Source of the DNA: an uncultured bacterium | GTDB taxonomy: Bacteria > Bacillota > Clostridia > Oscillospirales > Acutalibacteraceae | DNA length: 54,194 nt | Assembly: GCA_905215105.1 (NCBI GenBank) | Contig: CAJMOI010000001.1 | Location: 1-54,194, forward strand | Direction of reading: 5' to 3' | Shown: one piece after another, positions 29,175 through 38,515 of the stretch | How positions within the stretch are numbered: the first letter of the stretch is position 1 | How the letters are laid out: every line of letters begins with the position of its first letter | Notes under the pieces: model-generated | What the model was told of the DNA's origin: nothing | Databases searched by the model: none | Seen by the model: only the letters and a program-made list of their open reading frames with translations | Program-made: the position numbers and the translations under genes

Positions 29175-29879
29175 ATGAATATTGCACTGATTATCGCAGG
29201 CGGAAGCGGCCAGCGGATGCACCAGCAGATTCCCAAACAGTTTATCAACGTCAACGACAAGCCCGTCATTGTCTATACCATGCAGGCGTTTCAGAAACAC
29301 CCGGATATCGACGCCATCTGCGTTGTCTGCATCCGGGGCTGGCACGATATTCTGAAAGCCTATGCCCGCCAGTTCGGCATTACCAAGCTCCGCTGGGTCA
29401 TCGAAGGCGGAGAAAACGGACAGGGCTCCATCCGCAACGGCGTGTATGAGCTGGAAAAGACCTTTGACCCGGAGGATATCATTCTGGTTCACGATGCCAT
29501 CCGTCCTATGGTGTCTCAGGACATTATTTCCGACTGCATTATCACCGCCCGGGAAAAGGGTTCTGCCATTTCCTGCGTGCCCTGCACCACAGCGGTGCTG
29601 GAACGGAATACCGAGGAATCCTCTCACAATGTGATTTCCCGGGATACTCTGGGCATGACCCAGACCCCCCAGGGCTTCCCCCTGAAAAAGCTCAGCTGGG
29701 CCCACCGGGAAGCGCTGGAACGGGGTATTACCAATTCGGTGGCCAGCTGTACCATGATGGTGGAGCTTGGAGAAACGGTCTATTTCTCCATCGGCTCCGA
29801 AACCAACGTGAAGCTGACCACACCGGCGGACCTGAAAATCTTCAAAGCCCTGCTGGCCATTGAAGAAAACCGGCTGTAA
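29175..29879 (+). CDS. IspD/TarI-family cytidylyltransferase (probable ribitol-5-phosphate or related polyol-phosphate cytidylyltransferase)
   Basis: 234 aa with the N-terminal motif LIIAGGSGQRM...PKQF. Its context with an SDR and a LicD gene argues for CDP-polyol synthesis rather than the MEP pathway. Confidence 0.8.
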   Translation: MNIALIIAGGSGQRMHQQIPKQFINVNDKPVIVYTMQAFQKHPDIDAICVVCIRGWHDILKAYARQFGITKLRWVIEGGENGQGSIRNGVYELEKTFDPEDIILVHDAIRPMVSQDIISDCIITAREKGSAISCVPCTTAVLERNTEESSHNVISRDTLGMTQTPQGFPLKKLSWAHREALERGITNSVASCTMMVELGETVYFSIGSETNVKLTTPADLKIFKALLAIEENRL

Positions 29880-29895
29880 ACGGGAGGCGCGGACC

Positions 29896-30954
29896 ATGTA
29901 TTTTTCCAGTCCCTTGTATCAGGAAGACATCCGGCGGGCGGCCCGGGTCTCTTTTCTCCCCTGGGAAAGCCTTCAGGGGAAATCGGTGCTGATTACCGGC
30001 GCCACCGGGCTTATCGGTACCTGTCTTATCGATATCCTCATGGAGCGCAGCCGGCTTTGTCCGGAATCGCCCATTGAGATTTACGCCCTGGGCAGAAGCC
30101 GGGAGCGGCTGGAAGCCCGCTTTCCCGACTATCTGGACGACCCTCATTTTCATTTGCTGGTGCAGGACATCCGCAGCCCGCTGCCGGAATCGTTGTCCTT
30201 CACCTATATGATTAACGGCGCCAGCAATGCCCACCCGGCCGCCTATGCCCGGGACCCGGTGGGCACCATTTTCATCAATATCGAGGGGCTTCACTCCCTT
30301 CTTTCCCACGCAGCGAACCACGGAACCCGCCGGGTGCTGGAAGTGACCTCCATTGAAGTGTACGGCCAGAACCGGGGCGACGCGGAAGCCTTTACCGAGG
30401 ACTATTGCGGCGATCTGGACTGCAATACGGTTCGGGCCGGTTATCCGGAGAGCAAGCGGGTGTGCGAGGCCCTCTGTCAGGCCTATCGGGCACAGTACGG
30501 CCTTTCCGTGACCATTGCCCGGCCCAGCCGGGTGTATGGTCCCACCATGCTGGCAGAGGATAACAAGGCCATTGCCCAGTTCATCCACAATGTGGTGCAG
30601 GGCGAGGACATCGTATTGAAAAGCCACGGGAAACAGCGGTATTCCTACACCTATATGCTGGATGTGGCCACGGCTTTTCTGACGGTGCTGCTTTGCGGAA
30701 AAGACGGGGAAGCCTATAACGTAGCGGACGAGCACTCGGTGGTGACACTGGGCGGCCTTGCGAAAGTCATGGCCCGGGAAAACGGCTGTCAGGTGGTCTA
30801 TGACCTGTCGGCGGATACCGGCGCGGCGGGCTATTCCAACCTGCTCAACGGCGTCATGGATGCGGAAAAGCTCCGGGCGCTGGGCTGGCAGGCTATGGTT
30901 CCGCTGGAAGAGGGCGTGAAAAAGACCATCGGCATTCTGAAAGCGTCCCAATAA
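29896..30954 (+). CDS. NAD-dependent epimerase/dehydratase-family (extended SDR) oxidoreductase
   Basis: The ATG at 29896 has a GGGAGG SD. It has the TGATGLIG glycine motif and the catalytic YPESK (YxxxK). Confidence 0.85.
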   Translation: MYFSSPLYQEDIRRAARVSFLPWESLQGKSVLITGATGLIGTCLIDILMERSRLCPESPIEIYALGRSRERLEARFPDYLDDPHFHLLVQDIRSPLPESLSFTYMINGASNAHPAAYARDPVGTIFINIEGLHSLLSHAANHGTRRVLEVTSIEVYGQNRGDAEAFTEDYCGDLDCNTVRAGYPESKRVCEALCQAYRAQYGLSVTIARPSRVYGPTMLAEDNKAIAQFIHNVVQGEDIVLKSHGKQRYSYTYMLDVATAFLTVLLCGKDGEAYNVADEHSVVTLGGLAKVMARENGCQVVYDLSADTGAAGYSNLLNGVMDAEKLRALGWQAMVPLEEGVKKTIGILKASQ

Positions 30955-31000
30955 AAAGCTGGCTGCCGGTGCAGCGCAAAAAGAAAGGAGCCCGTTTCGG

Positions 31001-32989
31001 ATGGAATACAATGAATGGATTCTCAGCACCTTTGTCAGCGTCAGCCGCAAGCTGGCGGCATTGGAGCTGGAAAAGCCGCTGGAAGCGGTCCGGGACGTGG
31101 TGTTTGTCTGTCCGGAACACCCGGCCGCCTGGCTGATGATGGGCGCCATGGCTCATTTCTGCAAAAAACACCCTGCTGTCACCCTTCATGTGGTGGCGGA
31201 ACAGGAAACCCCCTGGCCCGATTATCTGAAACAGGAAGCGTTCCGGTGGTGGGAGTCCCCCGACGAAATGGAGTCCGGCGGCGTGATGATGGCCCGAAAC
31301 CTGCTGGTGTACTATTTTGCCGACCTGCGTTCGGATAAATACCGGGACCCGGCACAGCAGCAGGCCAAAAAAGCCCATTTGCAGGGCTGTCTGGAACGGT
31401 TTACCCGTTCCCGGGACAATGTGTTTGTGCTGACCACTTTTGTGCCTCCGGTGGGGCCTTTGCCGGAAACCTGTACCGCTGCGGCGGAGCGGGAGCTTCA
31501 GGCTCTGTGGTCGGATGCGCCCGAGGGTTCCCGGGAGCGGCTGACGCTGGAACTGGAGGATATTTGCCGCCGTCATGTGGGAAAAAGCGCCGGAGACGGC
31601 CTTTTCGACATGGGCGATACCCGCGTGAAGGCGCTGCGGGTGGACTGCTGTTTCGGCCCGGGCATTTCCGGGGAGGACGGCTGTCCCGTGGTTCCCTGTG
31701 TCCGGGAAATGCTGGAACAGGGCCAGATGACCTTTGGCTGCAATGACCCGAGAACCTGGTTTTCCGCCGTTTATTCCGAGGATGCGGTGGTGTCCATGGT
31801 GCTGGCGGGCATCCGGGGAAAACGGGGAAATCTGTACCAGATCAGCTCCTTTGCCTGTACCCTGACGGAAATGAAAGCCGCTTTGCTGGAAGCCGCTTCC
31901 CATCGGGAAATTACGCCGGTGGCCGGGCCCAAGGAAGAAGCCCGGACGGTTTTCCGTGCCCTCAATGCCGGGAAATTTTCTCTGGTGTATTCGGAAAAGC
32001 GGGAACCGCTGCTCCATACAGATAAAAAAGAAGCCTTCCGAAACGCCTTCCGATGGTTGGAACAGGGGCCGCCCTTTGTGCCCCGGGACCCCATGGACGT
32101 GTACTGCGGCCGGATGGACCGGATTCGGGCGCTGGAACTGGAAGAGCTGGACGAAATCGACCGGATTTGCCGGGAAAACGGCATCCGGTATATTCTGGCG
32201 GGCGGCAGTATGCTGGGTGCCGTGCGCCACGGGGGATTTATCCCCTGGGACGATGATGTGGACATCGCCATGCTGCCCGAGGACTATGAAAAATTTCTCC
32301 GGGTCTGCCCCGGCCTGCTTTCACCGGACTATGTGTATCAGAACTACACCACAGACCGGGAAAGCCACTATATCCACGATAAAATCCGCATCCGGGATAC
32401 CTGGTTTTCCACCCGGTATTCCAGCCGCTACCGGATGGCCAACGGCGTGTATGTGGACGTGTTTGTGTACTATAAAACCAGCGACCGTCCCGCCATGCAG
32501 AAGCTCCACCTGCGGATGATTGAGATGGGACGGCTGCTGCTGTCTGCCCGGTGGGTCAAGCGGATGCCTCAGGGATTCAAGCGCCTGCCGGTGCGTCTGG
32601 CACTGCGGTGCATGAAGGTGATTCCCTTTTCCTGGTATCACCGGCTGTATGTGGGGATTCTCAACCTGTATCAGAAGCGGAATACCCACCACCGGATTGA
32701 CAGCGGGTTCAACCTGATGAAGTGCGGCGCTTTCCCCGCCGAATGGTTTGACGAAACCGTGGACAAGGAGTTCTGCGGCCGGAAATACCCCATTCCCGCC
32801 CGGTATGATGACTATCTCCGCCACTGGTATGGAGAGCATTATATGGAATGGCTGCCCATCTGCGACCGGACTTCCGTCCACGACGTGGTGCGGATTGATC
32901 TGGGCCGCCACCTGACAGAGGAAACGGAGTGTAAGCCCCTGTCCCCCAACGACCTGCGGGGCGAACTCTATGAAAAGCCCATGGATTGA
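31001..32989 (+). CDS. LicD-family phosphotransferase fused to an N-terminal degenerate SDR-like domain
   Basis: 662 aa. The C-terminal part, from about residue 400 to the end, is LicD-like (GGSMLGAVRHGGFIPWDDDVDIAM, WYGEHYMEWLP). Residues 1-390 align motif by motif with the preceding SDR but lack GxxGxxG and YxxxK. Confidence 0.75.
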   Translation: MEYNEWILSTFVSVSRKLAALELEKPLEAVRDVVFVCPEHPAAWLMMGAMAHFCKKHPAVTLHVVAEQETPWPDYLKQEAFRWWESPDEMESGGVMMARNLLVYYFADLRSDKYRDPAQQQAKKAHLQGCLERFTRSRDNVFVLTTFVPPVGPLPETCTAAAERELQALWSDAPEGSRERLTLELEDICRRHVGKSAGDGLFDMGDTRVKALRVDCCFGPGISGEDGCPVVPCVREMLEQGQMTFGCNDPRTWFSAVYSEDAVVSMVLAGIRGKRGNLYQISSFACTLTEMKAALLEAASHREITPVAGPKEEARTVFRALNAGKFSLVYSEKREPLLHTDKKEAFRNAFRWLEQGPPFVPRDPMDVYCGRMDRIRALELEELDEIDRICRENGIRYILAGGSMLGAVRHGGFIPWDDDVDIAMLPEDYEKFLRVCPGLLSPDYVYQNYTTDRESHYIHDKIRIRDTWFSTRYSSRYRMANGVYVDVFVYYKTSDRPAMQKLHLRMIEMGRLLLSARWVKRMPQGFKRLPVRLALRCMKVIPFSWYHRLYVGILNLYQKRNTHHRIDSGFNLMKCGAFPAEWFDETVDKEFCGRKYPIPARYDDYLRHWYGEHYMEWLPICDRTSVHDVVRIDLGRHLTEETECKPLSPNDLRGELYEKPMD

Positions 32990-33007
32990 TAAAAGAAGCA
33001 AAAGGAA

Positions 33008-33048
33008 ACGCCTGTCTTTTCCCAAAACGGGAAAGACAGGCGTTTTTT
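33008..33048. terminator. bidirectional terminator between the convergent licD-like gene and cysS
   Basis: A stem of about 15 bp, ACGCCTGTCTTT(T)CCC/GGGAAAGACAGGCGT, has TTTTTT on the plus strand and TTCCTTTTGCTTCTTTT on the minus strand. Confidence 0.8.
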
Positions 33049-33098
33049 GCATGAGGGGTTATTTTTAAAGGGGAAGCTCTATCGGAAAATACCGACCC

Positions 33099-34496
33099 TT
33101 ATTCCTCGATGTGCCACTTCACACCCTGAGGGGTATCCTCCAGCACCACATGGCGGGCTTTCAGCTCGTCGCGGATGGCGTCGGCGGTGGCCCAGTCACG
33201 GTTCTTTCTGGCCTGGGTGCGCTTTTCAATAAGGGCTTCAATTTCAGCGTCCAGAGAATTGTCCTTCTCTACATACAGCAGGCCCAGCACGTTGGCCAGC
33301 TCCATATACAGGTCCAGCGCCTTCTGGCACAGCTCTTTGGAGGAGTCGCCGTTCACGCTGGAGTTGATTTCTCTTGCCAGTCCAAACAGGGCGGCAAGGC
33401 CGTCGGCGGTGTTCAGGTCGTCGTCCATAGCTGCGATAAACTGGTCACGGTATTGGGTCATGCGGGCAAATACTTCTTCTTCGCCCTCTCTCTGGCCCTC
33501 TGCGGCGTTTTCCAGCAGGAAGCGAAGATTATCACGGCAGTTATAAAGACGCTCCAGAGAGGCCTTGCACTGCTCAATAATGTCCACGCTGTAGTTGATG
33601 GGCATCCGATAGTGGGAGGAAACCATCAGATAGCGGATGGGCTCATAGCCGTATTTTTCCGCCACATCCCGGACGGTGAAGAAGTTCCCCAGGGATTTGC
33701 TCATCTTCTTGTTGTCCACGTTGATATAGCCGTTGTGCATCCAGTACCGGGCAAAGGGGACGCCGTTGCAGCACTCGCTCTGGGCGATTTCGTTTTCGTG
33801 GTGGGGGAAAATCAAATCCTGCCCGCCGCAGTGCAGGTCAATGGTCTCGCCCAGATAGCGGCGCACCATGGCAGAGCACTCAATATGCCAGCCGGGACGG
33901 CCGTGGCCCCAGGGGGATTCCCAGTAGGGCTCGCCGGGCTTGGCAGCCTTCCAGACCGCGAAGTCCATGGGGTCTTCCTTCACGTCACCCACACTGATGC
34001 GGGCACCGGCCTGAAGCTCTTCCAACGGCTGATGGGACAGCTTGCCATACTCGCTGAACCTGTTGGTGCGGAAGTATACATCGCCGCCCACAGCATAGGC
34101 AAAGCCCTTTTCTTCCAGCTTGGAGATAATGGCGATGATCTCGTCGATGTTCTCGGTGGCCAACGGATGGATGGTAGCCGGGCGGACATTCAAACCGGCG
34201 GCGTCCTTTTTGTATTCCTCCATGTACCGGCGGGAAACGGTCAGGTAATCGCTGTTTTCCTCGTTGGCCTTGTTGATGATTTTGTCGTCGATGTCGGTGA
34301 AGTTCTGGACATAGGTGACTTTCATGCCCCGGTATTCCAGATAGCGGCGCAGTACGTCAAACACGCAGATGGGACGGGCGTTGCCGATGTGGATGTAGTT
34401 GTACACGGTGGGGCCGCAGGCGTAAATTTTCAGCTCGCCCGGCGTCATGGGCACAAGCTCTTCTTTTTGGCGTGACATGGTGTTGTAAATTCTCAT
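33099..34496 (-). CDS. cysS: cysteinyl-tRNA synthetase
   Basis: 465 aa with HIGNARP (HIGH) and KMSKS motifs. Confidence 0.97.
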   Translation of the reverse strand: MRIYNTMSRQKEELVPMTPGELKIYACGPTVYNYIHIGNARPICVFDVLRRYLEYRGMKVTYVQNFTDIDDKIINKANEENSDYLTVSRRYMEEYKKDAAGLNVRPATIHPLATENIDEIIAIISKLEEKGFAYAVGGDVYFRTNRFSEYGKLSHQPLEELQAGARISVGDVKEDPMDFAVWKAAKPGEPYWESPWGHGRPGWHIECSAMVRRYLGETIDLHCGGQDLIFPHHENEIAQSECCNGVPFARYWMHNGYINVDNKKMSKSLGNFFTVRDVAEKYGYEPIRYLMVSSHYRMPINYSVDIIEQCKASLERLYNCRDNLRFLLENAAEGQREGEEEVFARMTQYRDQFIAAMDDDLNTADGLAALFGLAREINSSVNGDSSKELCQKALDLYMELANVLGLLYVEKDNSLDAEIEALIEKRTQARKNRDWATADAIRDELKARHVVLEDTPQGVKWHIEE

Positions 34497-34569
34497 GACG
34501 ATTCTCCTTTATGTGTAATTTGAACGTAGTCTGTTTTGTAATGGGAGGTAATATAGGGTTTGGTGATTT

Positions 34570-34715
34570 TGCAGGGGCGGCCAATGGCCGTCCGTGGATT
34601 TGCGCCGGGTTTACGGATAAACCGGGAAATTCGCTGGGATTGTAGGGGCGGTTATCAGCCGCCCGCAGGTTTGCATCAATCCAATCACAACGGACGCGCA
34701 ATGCGCGCCTCTACA
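34570..34715. repeat. composite REP-like palindromic element (GTAGGGGCG family) between cysE and cysS
   Basis: The modules are tgcaggggcggccaatggccgtccgtgg (34570-34597), tgtaggggcggttatcagccgcccgca (34641-34667) and cggacgcgcaatgcgcgcctctaca (34691-34715). The same modules occur in inverted order at 39825-39900. Confidence 0.8.
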
Positions 34716-34727
34716 CCCTTTCCCCCA

Positions 34728-34743
34728 TGTTTCACATGAAACA
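34728..34743. promoter_or_regulatory. degenerate parS-like site (central CACATG instead of CACGTG)
   Basis: tgtttcacatgaaaca has one mismatch that breaks the palindrome centre. It lies 4 nt downstream of the cysE stop. Confidence 0.45.
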
Positions 34744-34746
34744 TTC

Positions 34747-35412
34747 TCAAGCCGACTGGTTTTTGCACCGTTCCTCGATTTCCTTCATGCGCTCTTCCAG
34801 ACGCTGGGTTTCCTCCTGTACCTTGCTCAGGCACTGGCACAGCGGGTCGGTCACATGGATCTGGTCCAGATTCTCGGAAGGATGGGTGACCTTTTCCCCG
34901 TTGACCCGGACAATCCGGGCGGGAACGCCCACAGCGGTGGCGTTGTCGGGCACTTCTTCCAGTACCACGGCGCCCGCAGCTACCCGGGCGTTATCCCCCA
35001 CCCGGAAAGGTCCCAGCACCTTTGCGCCGGAACCAATCAGCACGTTGTCGCCCAGGGTGGGATGACGCTTGCCGTGCTCTTTGCCGGTGCCGCCCAGGGT
35101 CACGTTCTGATAAATGGTGCAGTTGTCTCCGATTTCGGTGGTTTCACCGATGACCACACCCATGCCGTGGTCGATAAACAGTCCCTTGCCGATGGTGGCG
35201 CCGGGATGGATTTCAATGCCGGTTTTGTGGCGGGCCCGCTGGCTGATCCACCGGGCAATGAATTTGTGATTGTGGCGGTAAAACCAGTTGGCTTTTCGAT
35301 AGGCGCGCACCGCCTTGAATCCGGAATAGAGGAAGTACACCTCCAGACGGCTTCTGGCGGCCGGGTCACGGGCCATAATGGAGTCCAGTTCCTCCTTCAA
35401 TGCCTTGAACAT
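34747..35412 (-). CDS. cysE: serine O-acetyltransferase
   Basis: The start is at the ATG at 35412 (MFKALKEE...) with an AAAGGAG SD. It has hexapeptide repeats (GIEIHPGATIG, GVVIGETT, GDNVLIGSGAKV). Confidence 0.93.
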   Translation of the reverse strand: MFKALKEELDSIMARDPAARSRLEVYFLYSGFKAVRAYRKANWFYRHNHKFIARWISQRARHKTGIEIHPGATIGKGLFIDHGMGVVIGETTEIGDNCTIYQNVTLGGTGKEHGKRHPTLGDNVLIGSGAKVLGPFRVGDNARVAAGAVVLEEVPDNATAVGVPARIVRVNGEKVTHPSENLDQIHVTDPLCQCLSKVQEETQRLEERMKEIEERCKNQSA

Positions 35413-35436
35413 AATATGCTCCTTTCTCTCCGGGAA

Positions 35437-35720
35437 ATCCGCAAACAAAACGCCTCCATCCCCAAAAGGGGACAGAGGCGGTGTTTCCGCGGTTCCACTC
35501 CGTTTTATCGCTCAGACAGCCGGTAACGGGGCTGAATCGGACCGGAATTTCCTCCGGCCGGCATGGCATTTTGCCCACACAGGCGCATTTCGCCGGTCTT
35601 TTGCTAAGAGCGCTTGCAGCCGGTGACGCTCTCTCTCTGGTGCATCCGGGTCCGGGTACTTTTCCTGTGTATTGCCGTTATTCTATCAATTCATTGTATG
35701 CGGCAGGGCACAGCCCTGTG
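35437..35720 (-). promoter_or_regulatory. T-box riboswitch leader (Cys specifier UGC) with terminator/antiterminator
   Basis: On the minus strand there is an AGAGAGAG bulge motif and the specifier context GGCGAAA-TGC-G (codon at 35587-35585). The T-box core is GGAGTGGAACCGCGG (35501-35487). The terminator is CACCGCCTC...GAGGCG followed by TTTTGTTTG (35483-35441). A candidate promoter TTACAA-16-TATACT lies at 35754-35727. Confidence 0.8.
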
Positions 35721-35759
35721 TCTTTCAGTATAGCCAGAAACCATCGTTTTGTAAAGGGC

Positions 35760-36347
35760 TTATTTCGCGTTCTTCACGATATCCCAGTTCTGCTTGAGAT
35801 AAATCAGGCCGGATAACACGGCAAAAAGGGTTGCTATCGCCAAAAATACTTCTCCGATGCACCAAAACAGCACTGCCATCTCTTCCGTGACAAAACCAAC
35901 CAGCCCAAGGCCGCCCAGTTCCCCTATGTATTGCAGCAGCAAAATCACACAGATCGCGACAATCTGGCTGACGGTTTTGGCCTTGCCCCAATTGTTGGCG
36001 GCAATTACCGAACCTTTTCCCGCCGCTACCAGCCGAATGGAGGTGACCATAAATTCCCGGGCAATAATCAGCAGCACCAGCCAAACGTCACACAGTCCCA
36101 GGCTGACAAAACACACCAGCGCAGAAATGACCAGGATTTTGTCCGCCAGCGGATCCATGAATTTTCCAAAATCGGTAATCTGATTATTTTTTCGTGCCAG
36201 CATACCGTCCAGATGGTCGGTATAAGAAGCCGCACCAAAGAGCACCAGTGCAGCCAGATAATGATGGGGGAAGGGCCACAAAATGGCCAATACGAAGAAC
36301 GGCACCAGTATCATACGCAGCACCGTTAATTTGTTGGGCAGATTCAT
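35760..36347 (-). CDS. pgsA: CDP-diacylglycerol--glycerol-3-phosphate 3-phosphatidyltransferase
   Basis: 195 aa with the CDP-alcohol phosphotransferase motif DHLDGMLAR...G..MDPLADK. Confidence 0.93.
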   Translation of the reverse strand: MNLPNKLTVLRMILVPFFVLAILWPFPHHYLAALVLFGAASYTDHLDGMLARKNNQITDFGKFMDPLADKILVISALVCFVSLGLCDVWLVLLIIAREFMVTSIRLVAAGKGSVIAANNWGKAKTVSQIVAICVILLLQYIGELGGLGLVGFVTEEMAVLFWCIGEVFLAIATLFAVLSGLIYLKQNWDIVKNAK

Positions 36348-36378
36348 GAAGCGGATACCTCCTGCAAATGGTCGCGGC

Positions 36379-37707
36379 TTAAATTCGTTCGCCGGTCAGG
36401 TCACAGTCCATGCAATCGTCGATGCGAACCTTGACAAACTGGCCGAAATAGGGCTTGTTCCCCTGTGCGGTAAAGAAAACCTTTCCGTCAATGTCGGGGG
36501 AGTCGGCGGCGGTACGTCCAAAGTAGCACTCGGCGTACCGGTCAAAGCCCTCGGTGAGCACGGTGACGGCCTTGCCGACCATTTCCTCGCCTTTCTGCTG
36601 CATGATTTCCATCTGTTGTTCCATGATGATTTCAGCGCGGCGGTTCTTGGTTTCCTCGTCGATCTGGTCAGGCAGCAGCGCGGCGGGGGTGTCCTCTTCC
36701 TGAGAATAGGCAAAGCAGCCCAGACGGTCAAAGCGGATTTCCTGCACGAATTCGGAAAGCTCGGTGAAGTCCTCTTCGGTTTCGCCGGGGAAGCCGGTAA
36801 TCAGGGTGGTGCGCAGCACCAAGCCCGGCACCTTTTCCCGCATATGGGCGATCAGTTTGGTCAGGGACTCCTTGTCGCCCCGGCGGTTCATGGCCTTCAG
36901 CACCTTTCCGGAAGCGTGCTGCAAGGGCAAATCGATGTATTTCAGAACCTTCGGCTCATTGGCCATCACATCCAGCAGTTCGTCGGTGACGGTATCGGGA
37001 TAGCAGTACAGCAGGCGCACCCAGCGGAGCTTTTCAATCTGGCACAACCGGCGCAGCAGCTCTGGCAGTTTCAGTTCGCCGTACAGGTCCAGACCATAAC
37101 GGCTGGTATCCTGGGCAATGACAATGAGCTCTTTTGCGCCGTCGTCCACCAGCTTCTGGGCCTCTTCCACAATGCTCTCCATGGTACGGCTGCGGTAGCC
37201 GCCGCGGATGAGGGGAATGGCGCAGTAGGTGCAGCGGTTGTCACAGCCCTCCGCGATTTTCAGATAGGCAAAGTAGCTGGGGGTAGACAGTTCACGGTCG
37301 CCGCACAGGGGCATTTTCTCCTTTTCGGGGAACACCTCCTGAATCTCGCCTTCCATGATTTTGCCGATAATGTCGGCAATTTCGCCGTTGGCGCCGATGC
37401 CCACCACAGCGTCCACCTCGGGAATCTCCTTGCGGATTTCCTGCTGATAGCGCTGGGAAAGACATCCGGTGACCACGATTTTTTTGATGCGGCCCTCTTT
37501 TTTCAGGGTTACCAGCTCGAGGATTTCCTCGATGGATTCGGCTTTTGCGCTCTCAATAAAGCCGCAGGTGTTGATAATGGCCACATCGGCCAGCGCTGCG
37601 TCGTCGCTGAGCTCATAGCCTGCGTTTTTCAGGGAAGCCATCAGCATTTCCCCGTCTACCTGATTTTTGGCACAGCCTAAGCTGACCATTCCCACTCGTA
37701 CTGCCAT
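36379..37707 (-). CDS. rimO: ribosomal protein S12 methylthiotransferase RimO
   Basis: It has the N-terminal MTTase cysteines (VSLGCAKN), a radical-SAM CDNRCTYC motif and a C-terminal TRAM domain. The ATG at 37707 has the better SD spacing; the ORF maximum is 37716. Confidence 0.9.
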   Translation of the reverse strand: MAVRVGMVSLGCAKNQVDGEMLMASLKNAGYELSDDAALADVAIINTCGFIESAKAESIEEILELVTLKKEGRIKKIVVTGCLSQRYQQEIRKEIPEVDAVVGIGANGEIADIIGKIMEGEIQEVFPEKEKMPLCGDRELSTPSYFAYLKIAEGCDNRCTYCAIPLIRGGYRSRTMESIVEEAQKLVDDGAKELIVIAQDTSRYGLDLYGELKLPELLRRLCQIEKLRWVRLLYCYPDTVTDELLDVMANEPKVLKYIDLPLQHASGKVLKAMNRRGDKESLTKLIAHMREKVPGLVLRTTLITGFPGETEEDFTELSEFVQEIRFDRLGCFAYSQEEDTPAALLPDQIDEETKNRRAEIIMEQQMEIMQQKGEEMVGKAVTVLTEGFDRYAECYFGRTAADSPDIDGKVFFTAQGNKPYFGQFVKVRIDDCMDCDLTGERI

Positions 37708-37801
37708 ATCGTCCATCCTTATCGTAAATTTATGTTGTAAATGTTCTGGTTATGCGGGTTTACTCCCGACCCCTCTCTGAAAAAGAAAGGTTCCGGGAGT
37801 G

Positions 37802-37826
37802 TGTAAGGGCGCGTCCTATGCGCCCG
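37802..37826. repeat. solitary degenerate REP-like palindrome
   Basis: tgtaagggcgcgtcctatgcgcccg has the same architecture as the GTAGGGGCG modules. Confidence 0.5.
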
Positions 37827-37909
37827 GATATTTTCCTGTTTGCTGGTAGTTTGAAGCTGTGAGCCATCTCCCTGCGATTCCGATTTCCCCGCGAAATCGC
37901 CTGCGGAGG

Positions 37910-38515
37910 CTACTCCGCCTGAAACTCCGCCAGCACGGTTTTGATGTCCTCCCAGCCGTACCCCAGCCGCTGCAAGGCTGCTACCGTGCGCCGGTATCCC
38001 TTTTCGTCGCCCAGCTGGTTCCGGTATTTCCGCTCCACGATTTCCCGCAGCTTTTCCTCCGGGTCCGGGGCCAGTTCTTCCAGCAGCTCTTCCACCAGTT
38101 CCCGGTCGATGCCCTTTTGCAGCAGCTCCTGCCGGGCACGGCGCAGACCGTACCCCTTTTTTTCCAGCAGAGTGCCCGCCAGCTGGCGGGCATAGGCTTC
38201 GTCATTCATCAGCCCCAGCTCTTCCATTTTCTCCACGGCAGCCTCTGCCGCTTCCCGGCTGGTGGTGCGGCTGATTTTGTCCGCCAGCTCCTTTTTGGAA
38301 TGGCTCCGGTATTCCAGCAGGTACAGGGCCTTTTCCTTTGCCCGCCGGGTTTCCGATTCCTGCAAAAGCCTGTGGAGCTCTTCGTCGCTGATTTCCATGC
38401 CCACCTTCCAGCGGGCTTTCAGCAGCGTTTCCGTGTCCACCTTCACAGCGGGTTCCCCGTCCAGATACAGCTGGGAAAGCCGCTTGCGGCGGGGCTCAAT
38501 GGCTGTAATCTCCAT
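37910..38515 (-). CDS. recX: recombination regulator RecX
   Basis: 201 aa of helical repeats (ALYLLEYRSHSKKEL, GYG...). Its ATG overlaps the recA TAA by 1 nt (TAATG). Confidence 0.88.
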   Translation of the reverse strand: MEITAIEPRRKRLSQLYLDGEPAVKVDTETLLKARWKVGMEISDEELHRLLQESETRRAKEKALYLLEYRSHSKKELADKISRTTSREAAEAAVEKMEELGLMNDEAYARQLAGTLLEKKGYGLRRARQELLQKGIDRELVEELLEELAPDPEEKLREIVERKYRNQLGDEKGYRRTVAALQRLGYGWEDIKTVLAEFQAE

